Of a stretch of DNA of 64,000 nt, positions 18,454 to 29,533 are shown piece after piece. A program made the translations under genes and the position numbers. Location: assembly GCA_049903315.1 (NCBI GenBank), contig JBNGBT010000004.1, positions 1 to 64,000 of the forward strand. Reading direction: 5' to 3'. The notes beneath the pieces were generated by a model, which saw nothing but the letters and a program-made list of their open reading frames with translations, was not told the origin of the DNA and made no database searches. Each line of letters opens with the position of its first letter. The stretch's first letter is position 1. The stretch is from Candidatus Cloacimonadota bacterium (GTDB lineage Bacteria; Cloacimonadota; Cloacimonadia; JGIOTU-2).

Positions 18454-19938
18454 ATGAAAAAATATTCATCGATATATTTGATTTTTATCTTTTGCATTTT
18501 GATTTTCTTGATTGTAATAGCTTGTTCTACTGGTCCACAAAGCGGATCTTTATCTGGTACCGTAAATCTCGAAGGCCATATCGACCACTTCGGAATAGTC
18601 ATCGGAATTTACGAACTCGAGGAACTCGATCCTGACATAATTGAAGCAAACCAGAAGTGGCCTCACATCGGAGTTATCATAAATCAGCATACAGAATTCG
18701 ACCACCGTTTTGGAACATTAGTTAAAACTGGTGAAACCGACGCGTCTGGTTACTTCGAAATTAGCGATATCGCAACAGGCTCCTACAATGTTGTCGCAAT
18801 AAAAGATGGATTTGGTTTCAGATATATCTACAATGTACAAATAAACAACGGAGATAATACTCTTCCTACAGCAAGAGCTACTCTCACTCTTTATTCAGAA
18901 ACTCTTGTAAATTCAGATATTTCCTCCCCTACCACTTGGCAAACTGATCATCATTACATTATCGAGCAAGATATTATTATTGATGATGAACTCACAATTG
19001 AACCGGGTGCAGTAATCCGGCTGAATGAAGGAAAAGAGATAACAAGTTATGGTTCACTCAATGCAGTCGGAGAATATGAAAACTTAATCTGGTTTACTAA
19101 GAATGATGGATTTTCTGAAAATCTTAGTACAACTGAACCTGATTCAAATTATATATGGGATAGAGTTACGCTTGAACCATACTCGCAAGCACAAGTCCAA
19201 TGGTGTAAATTCGATTGGGCGAATATTGCTTTATTGAACCAGGTGAATGGATTTGAAATTTCGGATTGTGTTTTCAGTGATAGCCAATGCGGGTTTAAAG
19301 CTGAGGATGTGGATTCGACTTTCGTTAAGAACTTAATTTGTAATAAAATTAGAAATTCTAGTGAGGGTGGTATATACTACCAAAACATAAATAGTGGAGC
19401 AATAGAAAGATCGATAGCATTAAAATCTGAAAATGCAATAAAAATTAAAGATGGATTTTGTGGTGAAGTGAAAAATAATCTTCTTTTGAAAAATAAATAC
19501 GGCATTTATTTATTATATTTTGGAGGAATGGTATATAACAATGAACTAACTGAAAATCAATCAGGAGCAGATATATTACTTGGAGGAAAACCAACACAAG
19601 ATCACTTAACAGCCACTATAAAGTATAATAATTTATGTTCTGAAACAGGGATATATATCCTGAGAGTCACAAGTCAATACAGTTTTTTTTCTGCTGATTT
19701 CATGATGAACAATTTTTTTAACACTAATTACTTTATCATATTGACTTCATTGATAAATGAATATCTTGTAGCTAACGGTTTTTTTGATTCGACACATAAT
19801 TATTTCCAGCAATGTATTTCAGAATTCGAGATAAAAGAAAAAATAATAGATAAAGATGAATATCCAAATTTAGCCAATGTCCTGATAACACCTTTCCAAG
19901 AAACTGAAATTATAGGTTCTGGCATTCAAAATAATTAG
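18454..19938 (+). CDS. Predicted lipoprotein with carboxypeptidase-regulatory-like and beta-helix domains
   Basis: Hydrophobic signal ending VIAC; GSLSGTVNLEG, TDASGYFEI, LTIEPGAVIRL; Asn-rich C-terminal half. Confidence 0.6.
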   Translation: MKKYSSIYLIFIFCILIFLIVIACSTGPQSGSLSGTVNLEGHIDHFGIVIGIYELEELDPDIIEANQKWPHIGVIINQHTEFDHRFGTLVKTGETDASGYFEISDIATGSYNVVAIKDGFGFRYIYNVQINNGDNTLPTARATLTLYSETLVNSDISSPTTWQTDHHYIIEQDIIIDDELTIEPGAVIRLNEGKEITSYGSLNAVGEYENLIWFTKNDGFSENLSTTEPDSNYIWDRVTLEPYSQAQVQWCKFDWANIALLNQVNGFEISDCVFSDSQCGFKAEDVDSTFVKNLICNKIRNSSEGGIYYQNINSGAIERSIALKSENAIKIKDGFCGEVKNNLLLKNKYGIYLLYFGGMVYNNELTENQSGADILLGGKPTQDHLTATIKYNNLCSETGIYILRVTSQYSFFSADFMMNNFFNTNYFIILTSLINEYLVANGFFDSTHNYFQQCISEFEIKEKIIDKDEYPNLANVLITPFQETEIIGSGIQNN

Positions 19939-19956
19939 TAAAATAGTTAGTATTTT

Positions 19957-21285
19957 ATGATTAATATAATAATATCACTAATATCAGTATTTCTTGTGCT
20001 CATTTTATCATTACATAAAAAATCATTATACATAAATTCCACTTTTTTTTTTATTTTCCTCGTTTATGTTTTAGGGACAAGAGGATTTGATTACTACCCT
20101 ATCGCTTTACCGGGATTATTGCCACCTTTTTCAATATTATTATGCTATGTTTTGATAATCCGATTATTAATTAGTAATAATAGTATAAAGGCAATAAAAT
20201 TTAAAGAAATTCCAATTAAAAATTTACTGATTATATTTATATTTATTTTTTTTTTAGCATCTGTGCGAGGATTAGTAGATAGTTATAGACCAGATTTGGT
20301 TCTTAAGAATTTTCTAATATTTGCTCCAACAGGACTTATTTATTTTATAATACTGTCCTTTGGTAATTATGAAGTAGTTGTTAGAAAATACATTAACACA
20401 ATAATACTATCTTTAGTAATTATTTCAATTGTGTATTTTGCACTATATTCTGGATTGGTAATCAAAGGTGGTAGGGAACTTCAAAATCAACGGATAGTAT
20501 GGGGAGGTGTAGGTGGCTGGATAATCCAAATTATGATGATTATATTTTTCTCATATAAATATAAAAAATTGCGATCAACTAAATCACTTTATATTTTGTT
20601 ATTTATATTTGGATTGATAGTAATAATTGTAAGTCAAACCAGAACACTTATGTATACATTTTTTTTAACTTTTGTTTTTGTTGTTATTCGTAGGGGATTA
20701 CTCAATTTTACGAAAAATCTAATAACGATTTTAATTATACTCGTAGTCTTATCGATAGTGTATTTACAATTTTTTGGTCAATCGGATACAATCAGGGCAT
20801 CAATACAGAGAGTCCAAAAATCTGATGATGTATTATTTGAAGACCTTGATCAAGTTTCTACTTCACAATATTATAACGCCCCCCATAAATTGAAACCATT
20901 ACTTTATTCTTTTAGTCAAACTAAGTCTATCACAGATTTCCTGTTTGGTCATGGATTTGGTTTTACATCCTATTTAGGACGTGTACATTACCATAGTGGA
21001 CTTGGTTGGGTATATGGGAGCATGGGAATAATCGGTATTATAATTATTGTATTGATTTTTTTTAGAACTATAAAAGTTTATAGTAGTTACATTACATTTC
21101 CTAAATATAATTTAAATTCAATCTTGATTGAAATAATATTAGCAAAATTTATCGTACTTGCTATTATGAGTCCAATTGTCGGAGCTTTAATTCAGAGTTT
21201 CTCTTTGTATGGGAATGCTTTGGGATTATCTATTCTTGAAGTATGCAGAAGAAATTTAGTAAGAGAACAACTTGTCAATAAATAA
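19957..21285 (+). CDS. Wzy / O-antigen ligase-family membrane protein
   Basis: Many hydrophobic segments, SQTRT, large loop with FGHGFG...HYHSG; lies in a locus with wzx. Confidence 0.7.
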   Translation: MINIIISLISVFLVLILSLHKKSLYINSTFFFIFLVYVLGTRGFDYYPIALPGLLPPFSILLCYVLIIRLLISNNSIKAIKFKEIPIKNLLIIFIFIFFLASVRGLVDSYRPDLVLKNFLIFAPTGLIYFIILSFGNYEVVVRKYINTIILSLVIISIVYFALYSGLVIKGGRELQNQRIVWGGVGGWIIQIMMIIFFSYKYKKLRSTKSLYILLFIFGLIVIIVSQTRTLMYTFFLTFVFVVIRRGLLNFTKNLITILIILVVLSIVYLQFFGQSDTIRASIQRVQKSDDVLFEDLDQVSTSQYYNAPHKLKPLLYSFSQTKSITDFLFGHGFGFTSYLGRVHYHSGLGWVYGSMGIIGIIIIVLIFFRTIKVYSSYITFPKYNLNSILIEIILAKFIVLAIMSPIVGALIQSFSLYGNALGLSILEVCRRNLVREQLVNK

Positions 21286-21298
21286 AAAGTGAGTATAT

Positions 21299-22369
21299 AT
21301 GAATAAAAAAATTTTGATCACAGGAGCTGCAGGTTTTATTGGAAGTAATTTTGTATTTAAACTCTTGAACGAAACAGATAATTTAATTATCATTTACGAT
21401 ATATTAACTTATGCTGGAGATATAACCAAGTTTGAGAAAGTGCGAGATAACATAAATTATAACTTCATAAAAGGAGATATATGCGATAGAAGGAAAGTTG
21501 GGAAAGTAATAAATAATATCCAACCTGATGCAATAGTAAATTTTGCTGCAGAAACTCACGTAGACCGTTCAATAAAAGGTCCATCTAGTTTTATTCAAAC
21601 CAATATACTGGGCACTTCAATATTATTGGAAGAAGCTATAAAATATTATTATAAACTTAGTCAATCACAAAAATCTAACTTTAAATTTTTACATGTTTCA
21701 ACTGACGAAGTTTATGGCGAACTTGGTAAGACAGGGCTATTTACTGAAGAAACACCTTATAATCCTAGCTCTCCATATTCTGCATCAAAAGCTTCTTCTG
21801 ACCATCTAGTAAAAGCGTGGTATAGAACTTTTGGATTGCCTGTAGTTATTACGAATTGTTCAAATAATTATGGACCTTATCAATTCCCTGAGAAATTAAT
21901 ACCTTTAATGATAATTAATGCTATTTCCAATAAACCACTTCCAATTTATGGAAAAGGGGAAAATGTACGGGATTGGCTATATGTAGAAGACCACTGCGAA
22001 GCAATTAATACAGTTTTAGAGAAAGGAAAAATTGGAGAAACATACAATATTGGTGGTACCTGCGAAAAAACAAATCTTGAAATAGTAGAAATTATCTGTG
22101 ACTTGCTAGATGAGATTCAACCAAATCCTAATAAGAATTCTTACAGAGAACAGATTACTTTTGTAGAAGATAGGCCTGGACATGATTTTCGCTATGCAAT
22201 GGATATAACAAAAATAAATAAAGATCTTGGGTGGAAGCCAAAAGAATCTTTCCAATCTGGTATTAGAAAAACAATTGAATGGTATTTGGAGAATCAAAGC
22301 TGGGTAGAAAAAATTGTGTCGGGTGAATACCAAAATTGGATTTCAAAAAATTATGGAGAAAGAAAATGA
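21299..22369 (+). CDS. rfbB: dTDP-glucose 4,6-dehydratase
   Basis: [59 protein letters not shown]. Confidence 0.97.
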   Translation: MNKKILITGAAGFIGSNFVFKLLNETDNLIIIYDILTYAGDITKFEKVRDNINYNFIKGDICDRRKVGKVINNIQPDAIVNFAAETHVDRSIKGPSSFIQTNILGTSILLEEAIKYYYKLSQSQKSNFKFLHVSTDEVYGELGKTGLFTEETPYNPSSPYSASKASSDHLVKAWYRTFGLPVVITNCSNNYGPYQFPEKLIPLMIINAISNKPLPIYGKGENVRDWLYVEDHCEAINTVLEKGKIGETYNIGGTCEKTNLEIVEIICDLLDEIQPNPNKNSYREQITFVEDRPGHDFRYAMDITKINKDLGWKPKESFQSGIRKTIEWYLENQSWVEKIVSGEYQNWISKNYGERK

Positions 22370-23244
22370 AGGGTATAATACTTGCTGGAGGTGCTGGAAC
22401 GCGCCTTCATCCTCTTACAATAACGATTTCAAAACAATTACTACCAGTGTATGATAAACCAATGATATATTATCCAATATCTATTTTGATGCTTGCTGGC
22501 ATTCGTGAAATATTGATAATTTCTACTCAAAAGGATTTACCAAATTTTAAAAAATTGCTTGGATGCGGCAAACAATTGGGGCTTAGTTTCGAATATGCGG
22601 AACAACTTGAACCTAAAGGACTTGCAGAAGCTTTTATAATTGGAAAGGATTTTATCGGAGATGAGAATGTATGCCTAATACTTGGGGATAATATATTCTA
22701 TGGACAGGGAATAAAAGAAAAGGTACAAAATGCAGCCCGACTCAATGAAGGTGGAGTAATTTTTGCTTATTATGTCCATGATCCTGAACGGTATGGAGTT
22801 GCTGAATTTGATAGAGATTTTAATGTGATTTCTCTGGAGGAAAAACCCCAAAATCCAAAATCCAATTACGCCGTAACTGGACTTTATTTTTACGATAATG
22901 ACGTAATTAATATTGCAACTAAAATTAAACCTTCTGATAGAGGTGAGTTGGAAATAACAGACGTGAACAAAGAATATTTGATACGAAAAAAACTTAAGCT
23001 GGAAATATTAGGGCGTGGTTATGCCTGGCTTGACACAGGCACCCATGAGTCTCTTTTGGATGCTTCCAATTATATTGAGGTAGTCGAAAAAAGACAGGGA
23101 CTTAAAATTGCATGCTTGGAAGAAATTGCTTACAGAATGAAATTCATTGGAAAAGATAAACTGATTGAAGCTGGAAAAAAATATAATAAGAACCAATATG
23201 GTAAGTACTTATTAGAAATAGCTAAAAGGACAAAACTTGGCTAG
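22366..23244 (+). CDS. rfbA: Glucose-1-phosphate thymidylyltransferase
   Basis: [44 protein letters not shown]. Confidence 0.97.
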   Translation: MKGIILAGGAGTRLHPLTITISKQLLPVYDKPMIYYPISILMLAGIREILIISTQKDLPNFKKLLGCGKQLGLSFEYAEQLEPKGLAEAFIIGKDFIGDENVCLILGDNIFYGQGIKEKVQNAARLNEGGVIFAYYVHDPERYGVAEFDRDFNVISLEEKPQNPKSNYAVTGLYFYDNDVINIATKIKPSDRGELEITDVNKEYLIRKKLKLEILGRGYAWLDTGTHESLLDASNYIEVVEKRQGLKIACLEEIAYRMKFIGKDKLIEAGKKYNKNQYGKYLLEIAKRTKLG

Positions 23245-24709
23245 ATCGCTTAGAGAAAAGGCTATATCCGGAATATCTTGGAGCTTTATTAATAGTGTTG
23301 TTGTATATGGTATCCAATTTGTTGTTGGAATAATTTTAGCCCGAATATTATTGCCTAAAGAATTTGGACTTATAGGCATGATTATGATCTTCATTGCAAT
23401 CTCTCGATCATTTGTTGATAGCGGCTTTACCCAAGCAATCATTAGAAAAAATGATGCTAAACAAGTTGATTATTGCACAATATTTTATTTTAATGTCGTT
23501 GTTAGTCTCATATTTTATTCTATACTTTTTTGTTTATCCATAAGTATTAGTAGATTTTTTAATGAACCTAAATTAGTGCCAATATTAAAATATCTTGGCT
23601 TAATTTTGATTTTTGATTCTCTGGCAATCATCCAACGTGCCCGATTGACAAAAAAAATTAATTTCAAACTACAGACAAAAGTGTCCGTAATATCATCTAT
23701 AAGTTCTGGGATTATTGGGATTGTCATGGCCTATAATGGCTTTGGTGTTTGGAGTTTAGTTATTAAAATGCTTACACGTCATGCAATCGCTACAACACTT
23801 TTATGGATATGGAATAGATGGAAACCAACATTAGAATTTAGCATAAAATCGTTTAAAGAAATGTTCTCATTTGGTTCAAAATTACTTCTCAGTGGTTTAA
23901 TTAACACAACTTATAGAAATATTTATAAATTAATCATAGGTAAATTTTTCTCAGCGGCAGATTTAGGATTCTATTCTAGAGCTGAACAATTTAGAAATCT
24001 ACCATCCCAAAATTTAACAACTGTCATTCAACAGGTCTCATATCCGGTATTATCATCCATTCAAAATGATATACCTAAACTAAAGGATGCATATAGACGG
24101 TTAATAAAAAGCACTATGTTTATAACTTTCACTTTAATGCTAGTCCTAGCTGCTATATCTAGACCATTAGTTCTTACATTGATTGGAGAAAAGTGGTTGC
24201 CGTCTGTTATCTATCTGCAGTTACTTTGTATTGCGGGAATGTTATATCCGCTACATGCTATAAATCTTAACATGCTAAAAGTGCAAGGTAGATCTGATTT
24301 GTTTCTTAAATTGGAAATAATAAAAAAAATATTAGCAATACCAGCTATAGTTATAGGAATTTATCTGGGTATTATAGCTATGATTATCGCAATGACACTG
24401 AATTCTTTTGTGGCGTATTTTATAAATTCATATTACTCAGGCAAAAATATAGGATATTCCAGTTTTGACCAAATTAAAGATATATTACCATCATTTATAT
24501 TTGCTCTTTTCATAGGTGGTATATTATTTATTTCAGGCCATTATCTGCAAGCATCAAATATAAGTATACTATTGATACAAATTACTATTGCCTCTCTTTT
24601 ATTTATTGGAGGGAGTGAATTGCTTAATTTTAAGGATTACTTGTATTTGAAAAAAATCGTAATTGATAAATTCTCGACGAAACTAAATAGAAAGAAACAA
24701 GACAAATAA
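23237..24709 (+). CDS. wzx: Wzx (WzxC-like) polysaccharide flippase
   Basis: [41 protein letters not shown]; polytopic membrane protein. Confidence 0.92.
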   Translation: MARSLREKAISGISWSFINSVVVYGIQFVVGIILARILLPKEFGLIGMIMIFIAISRSFVDSGFTQAIIRKNDAKQVDYCTIFYFNVVVSLIFYSILFCLSISISRFFNEPKLVPILKYLGLILIFDSLAIIQRARLTKKINFKLQTKVSVISSISSGIIGIVMAYNGFGVWSLVIKMLTRHAIATTLLWIWNRWKPTLEFSIKSFKEMFSFGSKLLLSGLINTTYRNIYKLIIGKFFSAADLGFYSRAEQFRNLPSQNLTTVIQQVSYPVLSSIQNDIPKLKDAYRRLIKSTMFITFTLMLVLAAISRPLVLTLIGEKWLPSVIYLQLLCIAGMLYPLHAINLNMLKVQGRSDLFLKLEIIKKILAIPAIVIGIYLGIIAMIIAMTLNSFVAYFINSYYSGKNIGYSSFDQIKDILPSFIFALFIGGILFISGHYLQASNISILLIQITIASLLFIGGSELLNFKDYLYLKKIVIDKFSTKLNRKKQDK

Positions 24710-26145
24710 TGCGGAAAATAAATCACGAAGATGTTCGTCTTTTATTTCTACGAAGTTCCTGTACTTCAGAAGGAATATTTTTTAATTGTGATACTGTCAT
24801 TGATTGGTTAAAAGAGCAAAATAAAAAAATATATGTGAGTATTAATAAGGTATCCTTTAAACTTCTAAAAAATTGGAAAGTGTCAAATTCAAGTATTCGG
24901 CACGAAAGCGGAAAGTTTTTTTCAGTACAAGGCGTTAGGGTAAAAACAGATTTTAATCATATAGAAACATGGGATCAACCAATTATATTTCAGCCGGAGG
25001 TAGGTTATCTTGGCATAATAACAAAAGAATTTAAAGGTGTACTGTATTTTCTTTTGCAAGCCAAAATAGAACCAGGCAATGTAAATTATGTGCAGCTTTC
25101 ACCAACTTTACAAGCAACAAGAAGTAATTATTCTCGAGTTCACAAAGGAAAAAAACCACAATATCTGGAATACTTTCAAAATGCAAAACCTCATCAGGTT
25201 CTTCTTGATCAGCTACAGTCTGAACAAGGCTCCAGGTTTTTTAGAAAGCGCAATAGAAACATCATAATAAAAATTAATGATGAATTACCTATTTTGGACA
25301 ATTTTGTTTGGTTAACTCTTGGTCAAATAAAGAATCTTATACGGAAAGAAAATTTGATTAACATGGATACTCGCTCAGTGCTTGCAGGAATTCCATTTGG
25401 TAATTTTGAGCCTGATGTAATGAATTTTTTAAGCTTCTGCAATTTATCTTATAAACACAAAAATAATATAATTCAAAAAGCATTTTTGGAATCTGCTTTG
25501 ATAAAACATGACAGCGTACACACTATCCAAAATATTGTTAGCTTTATCACACATTTAAAAAGTGTTTATAACTTAGAAGTTCGGAAGATACCACTGAACA
25601 AAATGAGAAAATGGATATTTGGCAAGAATGAAATCCATCATGAAGATGATAATAGCTTCAAGGTTAATGCGGTGAATGTTGAGATCGGGAACCGAGAAGT
25701 AGTTGAATGGAATCAACCCATGATAGAACCCCAAGCTCAGGAACTATCAGCTTTTGTTTGCAAAAATATTAATGGATTGTTACACTTAGCGGTCCAGGCA
25801 AAAATGGAATGTGGTAATTTGGACTTTATTGAATTCGCTCCTACTGTTCAATGTATAATGAACAATTGTCATTTAATTGAAGCCGATTCTATACCTTTTT
25901 TAAATTACGTATTAAATGCAAAACCTGAGCAAGTTTTCTATGATGTTATACAATCGGAAGAGGGTGGACGTTTCTTCAGGGAACAGAACAGAAATATGAT
26001 CGTGATTGCTGGTGATGATTTTCCTGTTGAATTACCAGAAAAGTATATCTGGATGACGTTGAATCAATTAATATTTTTTTTAAAATTCAACAACTACGTA
26101 AATATACAAGCCCGTAGTATAATTTCAGCAATAAATTTTGTATGA
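24709..26145 (+). CDS. NDP-hexose 2,3-dehydratase (EvaA/OleV family)
   Basis: Two repeated domains: HESGKFFSV.G, WDQPII.QPEVG.LG, QAKIEPGN, QLSPTLQATRSNY, QSEQGSRF..KRNRN, NMDTRSVL; second copy QSEEGGRF, NIQARS. Confidence 0.92.
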   Translation: MRKINHEDVRLLFLRSSCTSEGIFFNCDTVIDWLKEQNKKIYVSINKVSFKLLKNWKVSNSSIRHESGKFFSVQGVRVKTDFNHIETWDQPIIFQPEVGYLGIITKEFKGVLYFLLQAKIEPGNVNYVQLSPTLQATRSNYSRVHKGKKPQYLEYFQNAKPHQVLLDQLQSEQGSRFFRKRNRNIIIKINDELPILDNFVWLTLGQIKNLIRKENLINMDTRSVLAGIPFGNFEPDVMNFLSFCNLSYKHKNNIIQKAFLESALIKHDSVHTIQNIVSFITHLKSVYNLEVRKIPLNKMRKWIFGKNEIHHEDDNSFKVNAVNVEIGNREVVEWNQPMIEPQAQELSAFVCKNINGLLHLAVQAKMECGNLDFIEFAPTVQCIMNNCHLIEADSIPFLNYVLNAKPEQVFYDVIQSEEGGRFFREQNRNMIVIAGDDFPVELPEKYIWMTLNQLIFFLKFNNYVNIQARSIISAINFV

Positions 26146-26152
26146 AATAGTT

Positions 26153-27118
26153 ATGGAAAAAATAAATTTCGGTGTAATAGGTTGTGGGTATATTTCTAAA
26201 AAATCTGTTATTCCAGCAATAAACGACGGTCTATATTCCAGCTTGATAGCAGTTTGTGATATCGATGTGGAAAGAATGAAGATTGTTTCCCAAAAATACC
26301 ATACAGATAACGAAGAGGATTATAGTAGATTGTTAAATAGAAAAGATATTGATGCTGTGTATATTGCGACACCAATAGGGAAACATACAGAAATATGTAT
26401 TGAAGCTGCTCAAAAAGGTAAACACATTCTTTGCGAGAAATCATTAACCTCAAGTTTGGATGAAACAGAAAAAGTAATTGAAGCATGCGAAGACAATCAT
26501 GTTGCATTACTTGAAGGATTTATGTACCAATATCACACGCAACATGCGATAGTGAGAGATTTAATTCGAGATGATAGGATTGGACAACCAGTACATTTCC
26601 ATGCAAGATTTGGTTTCCCCCCATTGGACAGAAAAAATTTCAGATATAGTAAGGAATTGGGTGGAGGTTCACTTTTAGATGCAGGTGCTTACACCATACA
26701 TGCAGCGAGGAATATCTTTAATAAAGAACCCATAAAAGTTAATGCAGTACTTCACAATGAGGGTAGAGAAATAGATGTTTATGGGAGTGCATTGTTGGAT
26801 TTTGGAAAAGAAACAGCAAGTCTTGTCTTTGGCTTTAATAATTTTTATCAGAATACTTATTCGGTTTGGGGTACTAGAGGATTAATTACCTTAAAAAGAG
26901 CATTTTCTATACCTTCTGATTTGAAACCTACATTGATTCTTGAACAACAAGATAATTATAAAGAAATTGTATTACCTGAATGTAATCATTTTGATAAAGA
27001 AATTGAAATTTTCTGCAAAAATATATCAAATGAAAATTTGATTCAAAAATGGAGAATTGACATTTTGAATCAATCTAAAGTAATAAGCTTGATAAGGAGA
27101 GGATCTGAAAGTAATTAA
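26153..27118 (+). CDS. Gfo/Idh/MocA oxidoreductase, probable NDP-hexose 3-ketoreductase (OleW-like)
   Basis: HILCEKSL, EGFMYQYHTQH, FGFPP, RYSKELGGGSLLDAGAY; follows the 2,3-dehydratase. Confidence 0.8.
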   Translation: MEKINFGVIGCGYISKKSVIPAINDGLYSSLIAVCDIDVERMKIVSQKYHTDNEEDYSRLLNRKDIDAVYIATPIGKHTEICIEAAQKGKHILCEKSLTSSLDETEKVIEACEDNHVALLEGFMYQYHTQHAIVRDLIRDDRIGQPVHFHARFGFPPLDRKNFRYSKELGGGSLLDAGAYTIHAARNIFNKEPIKVNAVLHNEGREIDVYGSALLDFGKETASLVFGFNNFYQNTYSVWGTRGLITLKRAFSIPSDLKPTLILEQQDNYKEIVLPECNHFDKEIEIFCKNISNENLIQKWRIDILNQSKVISLIRRGSESN

Positions 27119-28196
27119 ACCAATTTTTGTAACTAAACCTTCACTTGCTCCCCTAGAAGAATATACAGAATTTCTTAAAGGTGTATGGAAACGTGGCATT
27201 TTAACACATAATGGACCACTGGTTCAACAACTGGAAAAAGAGCTATGCATAAAATTAAATATTCGCAATTTCTTGGCTGTAACTAATGGTACTATTGCTT
27301 TACAAATGGCTATTAAGGCACTCGATTTGAAGGGTGAAATAATAACTACACCTTTTACGTGGATTGCAACTGTTAGCGCTATTAAATGGGAGAGTTGTAA
27401 ACCTGTGTTTTGTGATATTGATCCTGATACTCTTAATATAAATCCCGAAGGAATAGAACCATTAATAACAGAAGATACTGTTGCAATTATGCCTGTTCAC
27501 GTTTTTGGAAATCCATGTGATGTTATTGAGATTGAGAAAATTGCGGAAAAGTATAATCTGAAAATTATTTATGATGCTGCTCATGCAGCTGGTTCAACAT
27601 TAGATGGGAAGAGTCTTTTAGAATATGGTGATATAAGTGCAACCAGCCTTCACGCTACAAAACTATTCAATACAGCAGAAGGAGGAGGATGTGTTACGAC
27701 CGATTCCGAATTGTTTAAAAAATTAAAGAGAATACGGTTCTTTGGGCACAATAATGTTAAGGATATTATAGAAGATGGATTTAATGGTAAGATGACAGAG
27801 GTTCATGCTGCTTTAGGTTTAGCAAATTTGAAGTATTATAATGAGATATTAACCGATAGAAGAAATAAATATTTTTATTATAAAGATAGACTTTCCAAGA
27901 TTGAAGGCTTAAAATTCCAAGAACTTGCATTTGGAGAAAGTAATTTTTCTTATTTCCCTGTGATATTTCCTTCAGAGGAAATTACTTTAGAAGTTGTTAA
28001 ACGATTGAGTAAAGAAAATATATATCCAAGGAGATATTTCTATCCTTCTATAAATACATATACTAAAATTATACACTATCAAGAATGTCCAATTTCTGAA
28101 GATATCTCAAAGAGAATATTATGCCTTCCATTATATTGGGAATTGGATTTTGGATATATCAAATTTATAATCGATAATATTAAAAAGAGTTTTTAA
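27105..28196 (+). CDS. DegT/DnrJ aminotransferase, VioA-like sugar 4-aminotransferase; non-ATG start
   Basis: Frame is open from 27096: KPIFVTKPSLAPLEEY...LTHNGPLVQQLE...NGTIAL, YDAAHA, SLHATKLFNTAEGG, NGKMTE. No in-frame ATG/GTG/TTG before 27273; CTG at 27105 follows AGGAG. Confidence 0.85.
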   Translation: MKVIKPIFVTKPSLAPLEEYTEFLKGVWKRGILTHNGPLVQQLEKELCIKLNIRNFLAVTNGTIALQMAIKALDLKGEIITTPFTWIATVSAIKWESCKPVFCDIDPDTLNINPEGIEPLITEDTVAIMPVHVFGNPCDVIEIEKIAEKYNLKIIYDAAHAAGSTLDGKSLLEYGDISATSLHATKLFNTAEGGGCVTTDSELFKKLKRIRFFGHNNVKDIIEDGFNGKMTEVHAALGLANLKYYNEILTDRRNKYFYYKDRLSKIEGLKFQELAFGESNFSYFPVIFPSEEITLEVVKRLSKENIYPRRYFYPSINTYTKIIHYQECPISEDISKRILCLPLYWELDFGYIKFIIDNIKKSF

Positions 28197-29533
28197 TGAA
28201 AACGGATTGGACAAAATATAGTTGGAAAAAGTATACTGTGAAGCAACAGCCTGAATGGAAAGATAAAGATTTATATAAAAATATAATTTCTCAATTAGAA
28301 AAATTACCATCATTAGTATTTTCGGGAGAAACAAGAAATCTAAAAACCGAGTTAAAGGATGTTCATAAAGGAACTAAATTCATTTTACAAGCTGGCAATT
28401 GTGCAGAATTATTTTCTGACTGTCATGGTCCATCAATACATAATTTTTTGAGAATAATGTTACAAATGTCAATGGTCATAGAATATTGTTCGCAGAAAAA
28501 TGTAATCCAGATTGGACGAATTGCCGGTCAATATGCTAAGCCTCGATCTTCAAATTATGAAATTATCGAAGGGAAGCAATTACCAAGTTATCGAGGAGAT
28601 ATTGTAAATGAATCTGAACCAATAGAAGAAGCTAGAAAACCTAATCCCCAGAATCTTTTAGAAGCGTATTTTAGATCCGCAGCAACATTAAATTTAATAA
28701 GAGCATTTATTCAAGGAGGTTATGCAGAAATTAACAACTTGTATGATTGGAAACAGCACTTTTATTCAGATGAAATTGCTCAAACATCTATTTACAAAGG
28801 AATGGAAGACAAAATAAACAAGTCTTTAAGACAAAAGAATAACAAAAAATCTATTTACAATAACAATCGTTTTTATACATCTCATGAATGCTTACTTCTC
28901 AACTATGAAGAAGCGTTTACTCGAATAGATACCACTTATGGTGGATATTATGATACAAGTGCTCATTTTTTGTGGATTGGAGATAGAACCAGAAATATAG
29001 ATGGAGCTCATATTGAGTTTGTAAGAGGAATTGGAAATCCAATTGGATTAAAAATTGGTCCAAATCATAATGTTGATGAAATAATTAAAATTGTTAAAAG
29101 ATTAAATCCAAGTAATAGTGCTGCTAAAATTGCACTAATTATTAGAATGGGCGCGAATAACATTATAGATAATTTAAAACCTTTAATTAAAATAATAAAA
29201 AACGAAAAGTTAAATGTTATTTGGATGAGTGATCCTATGCATGGAAACACTTTCAAACATAAAAACTTCAAAGTACGTAATTTTAAAGATATAGTTAAAG
29301 AGCTGACCCTATTCTTTAATTTGTGCAAAGAGTTTAATATTATTCCTGGTGGTGTTCATTTAGAAATAACTTCTGAAAAGGTGACTGAATGTATTGGTGG
29401 TATAGATGGTTTAGATTTTTCTCATCTTAATATAAATTATGAAACTAAAGTAGATCCACGTTTGAATGCTGCACAAGCCCTAGAATTAGCTTTTATTATC
29501 GGAAACCTTTTAACCAAATTTAAGGAGCAATAA
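28196..29533 (+). CDS. Class II DAHP synthase
   Basis: QAGNCAE, GRIAGQYAKPRS, SYRGDIVN, FYTSHE, LWIGDRTR, NPIGLKIGP, DPMHGNT, GGVHLE, DPRLN. Confidence 0.95.
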   Translation: MKTDWTKYSWKKYTVKQQPEWKDKDLYKNIISQLEKLPSLVFSGETRNLKTELKDVHKGTKFILQAGNCAELFSDCHGPSIHNFLRIMLQMSMVIEYCSQKNVIQIGRIAGQYAKPRSSNYEIIEGKQLPSYRGDIVNESEPIEEARKPNPQNLLEAYFRSAATLNLIRAFIQGGYAEINNLYDWKQHFYSDEIAQTSIYKGMEDKINKSLRQKNNKKSIYNNNRFYTSHECLLLNYEEAFTRIDTTYGGYYDTSAHFLWIGDRTRNIDGAHIEFVRGIGNPIGLKIGPNHNVDEIIKIVKRLNPSNSAAKIALIIRMGANNIIDNLKPLIKIIKNEKLNVIWMSDPMHGNTFKHKNFKVRNFKDIVKELTLFFNLCKEFNIIPGGVHLEITSEKVTECIGGIDGLDFSHLNINYETKVDPRLNAAQALELAFIIGNLLTKFKEQ

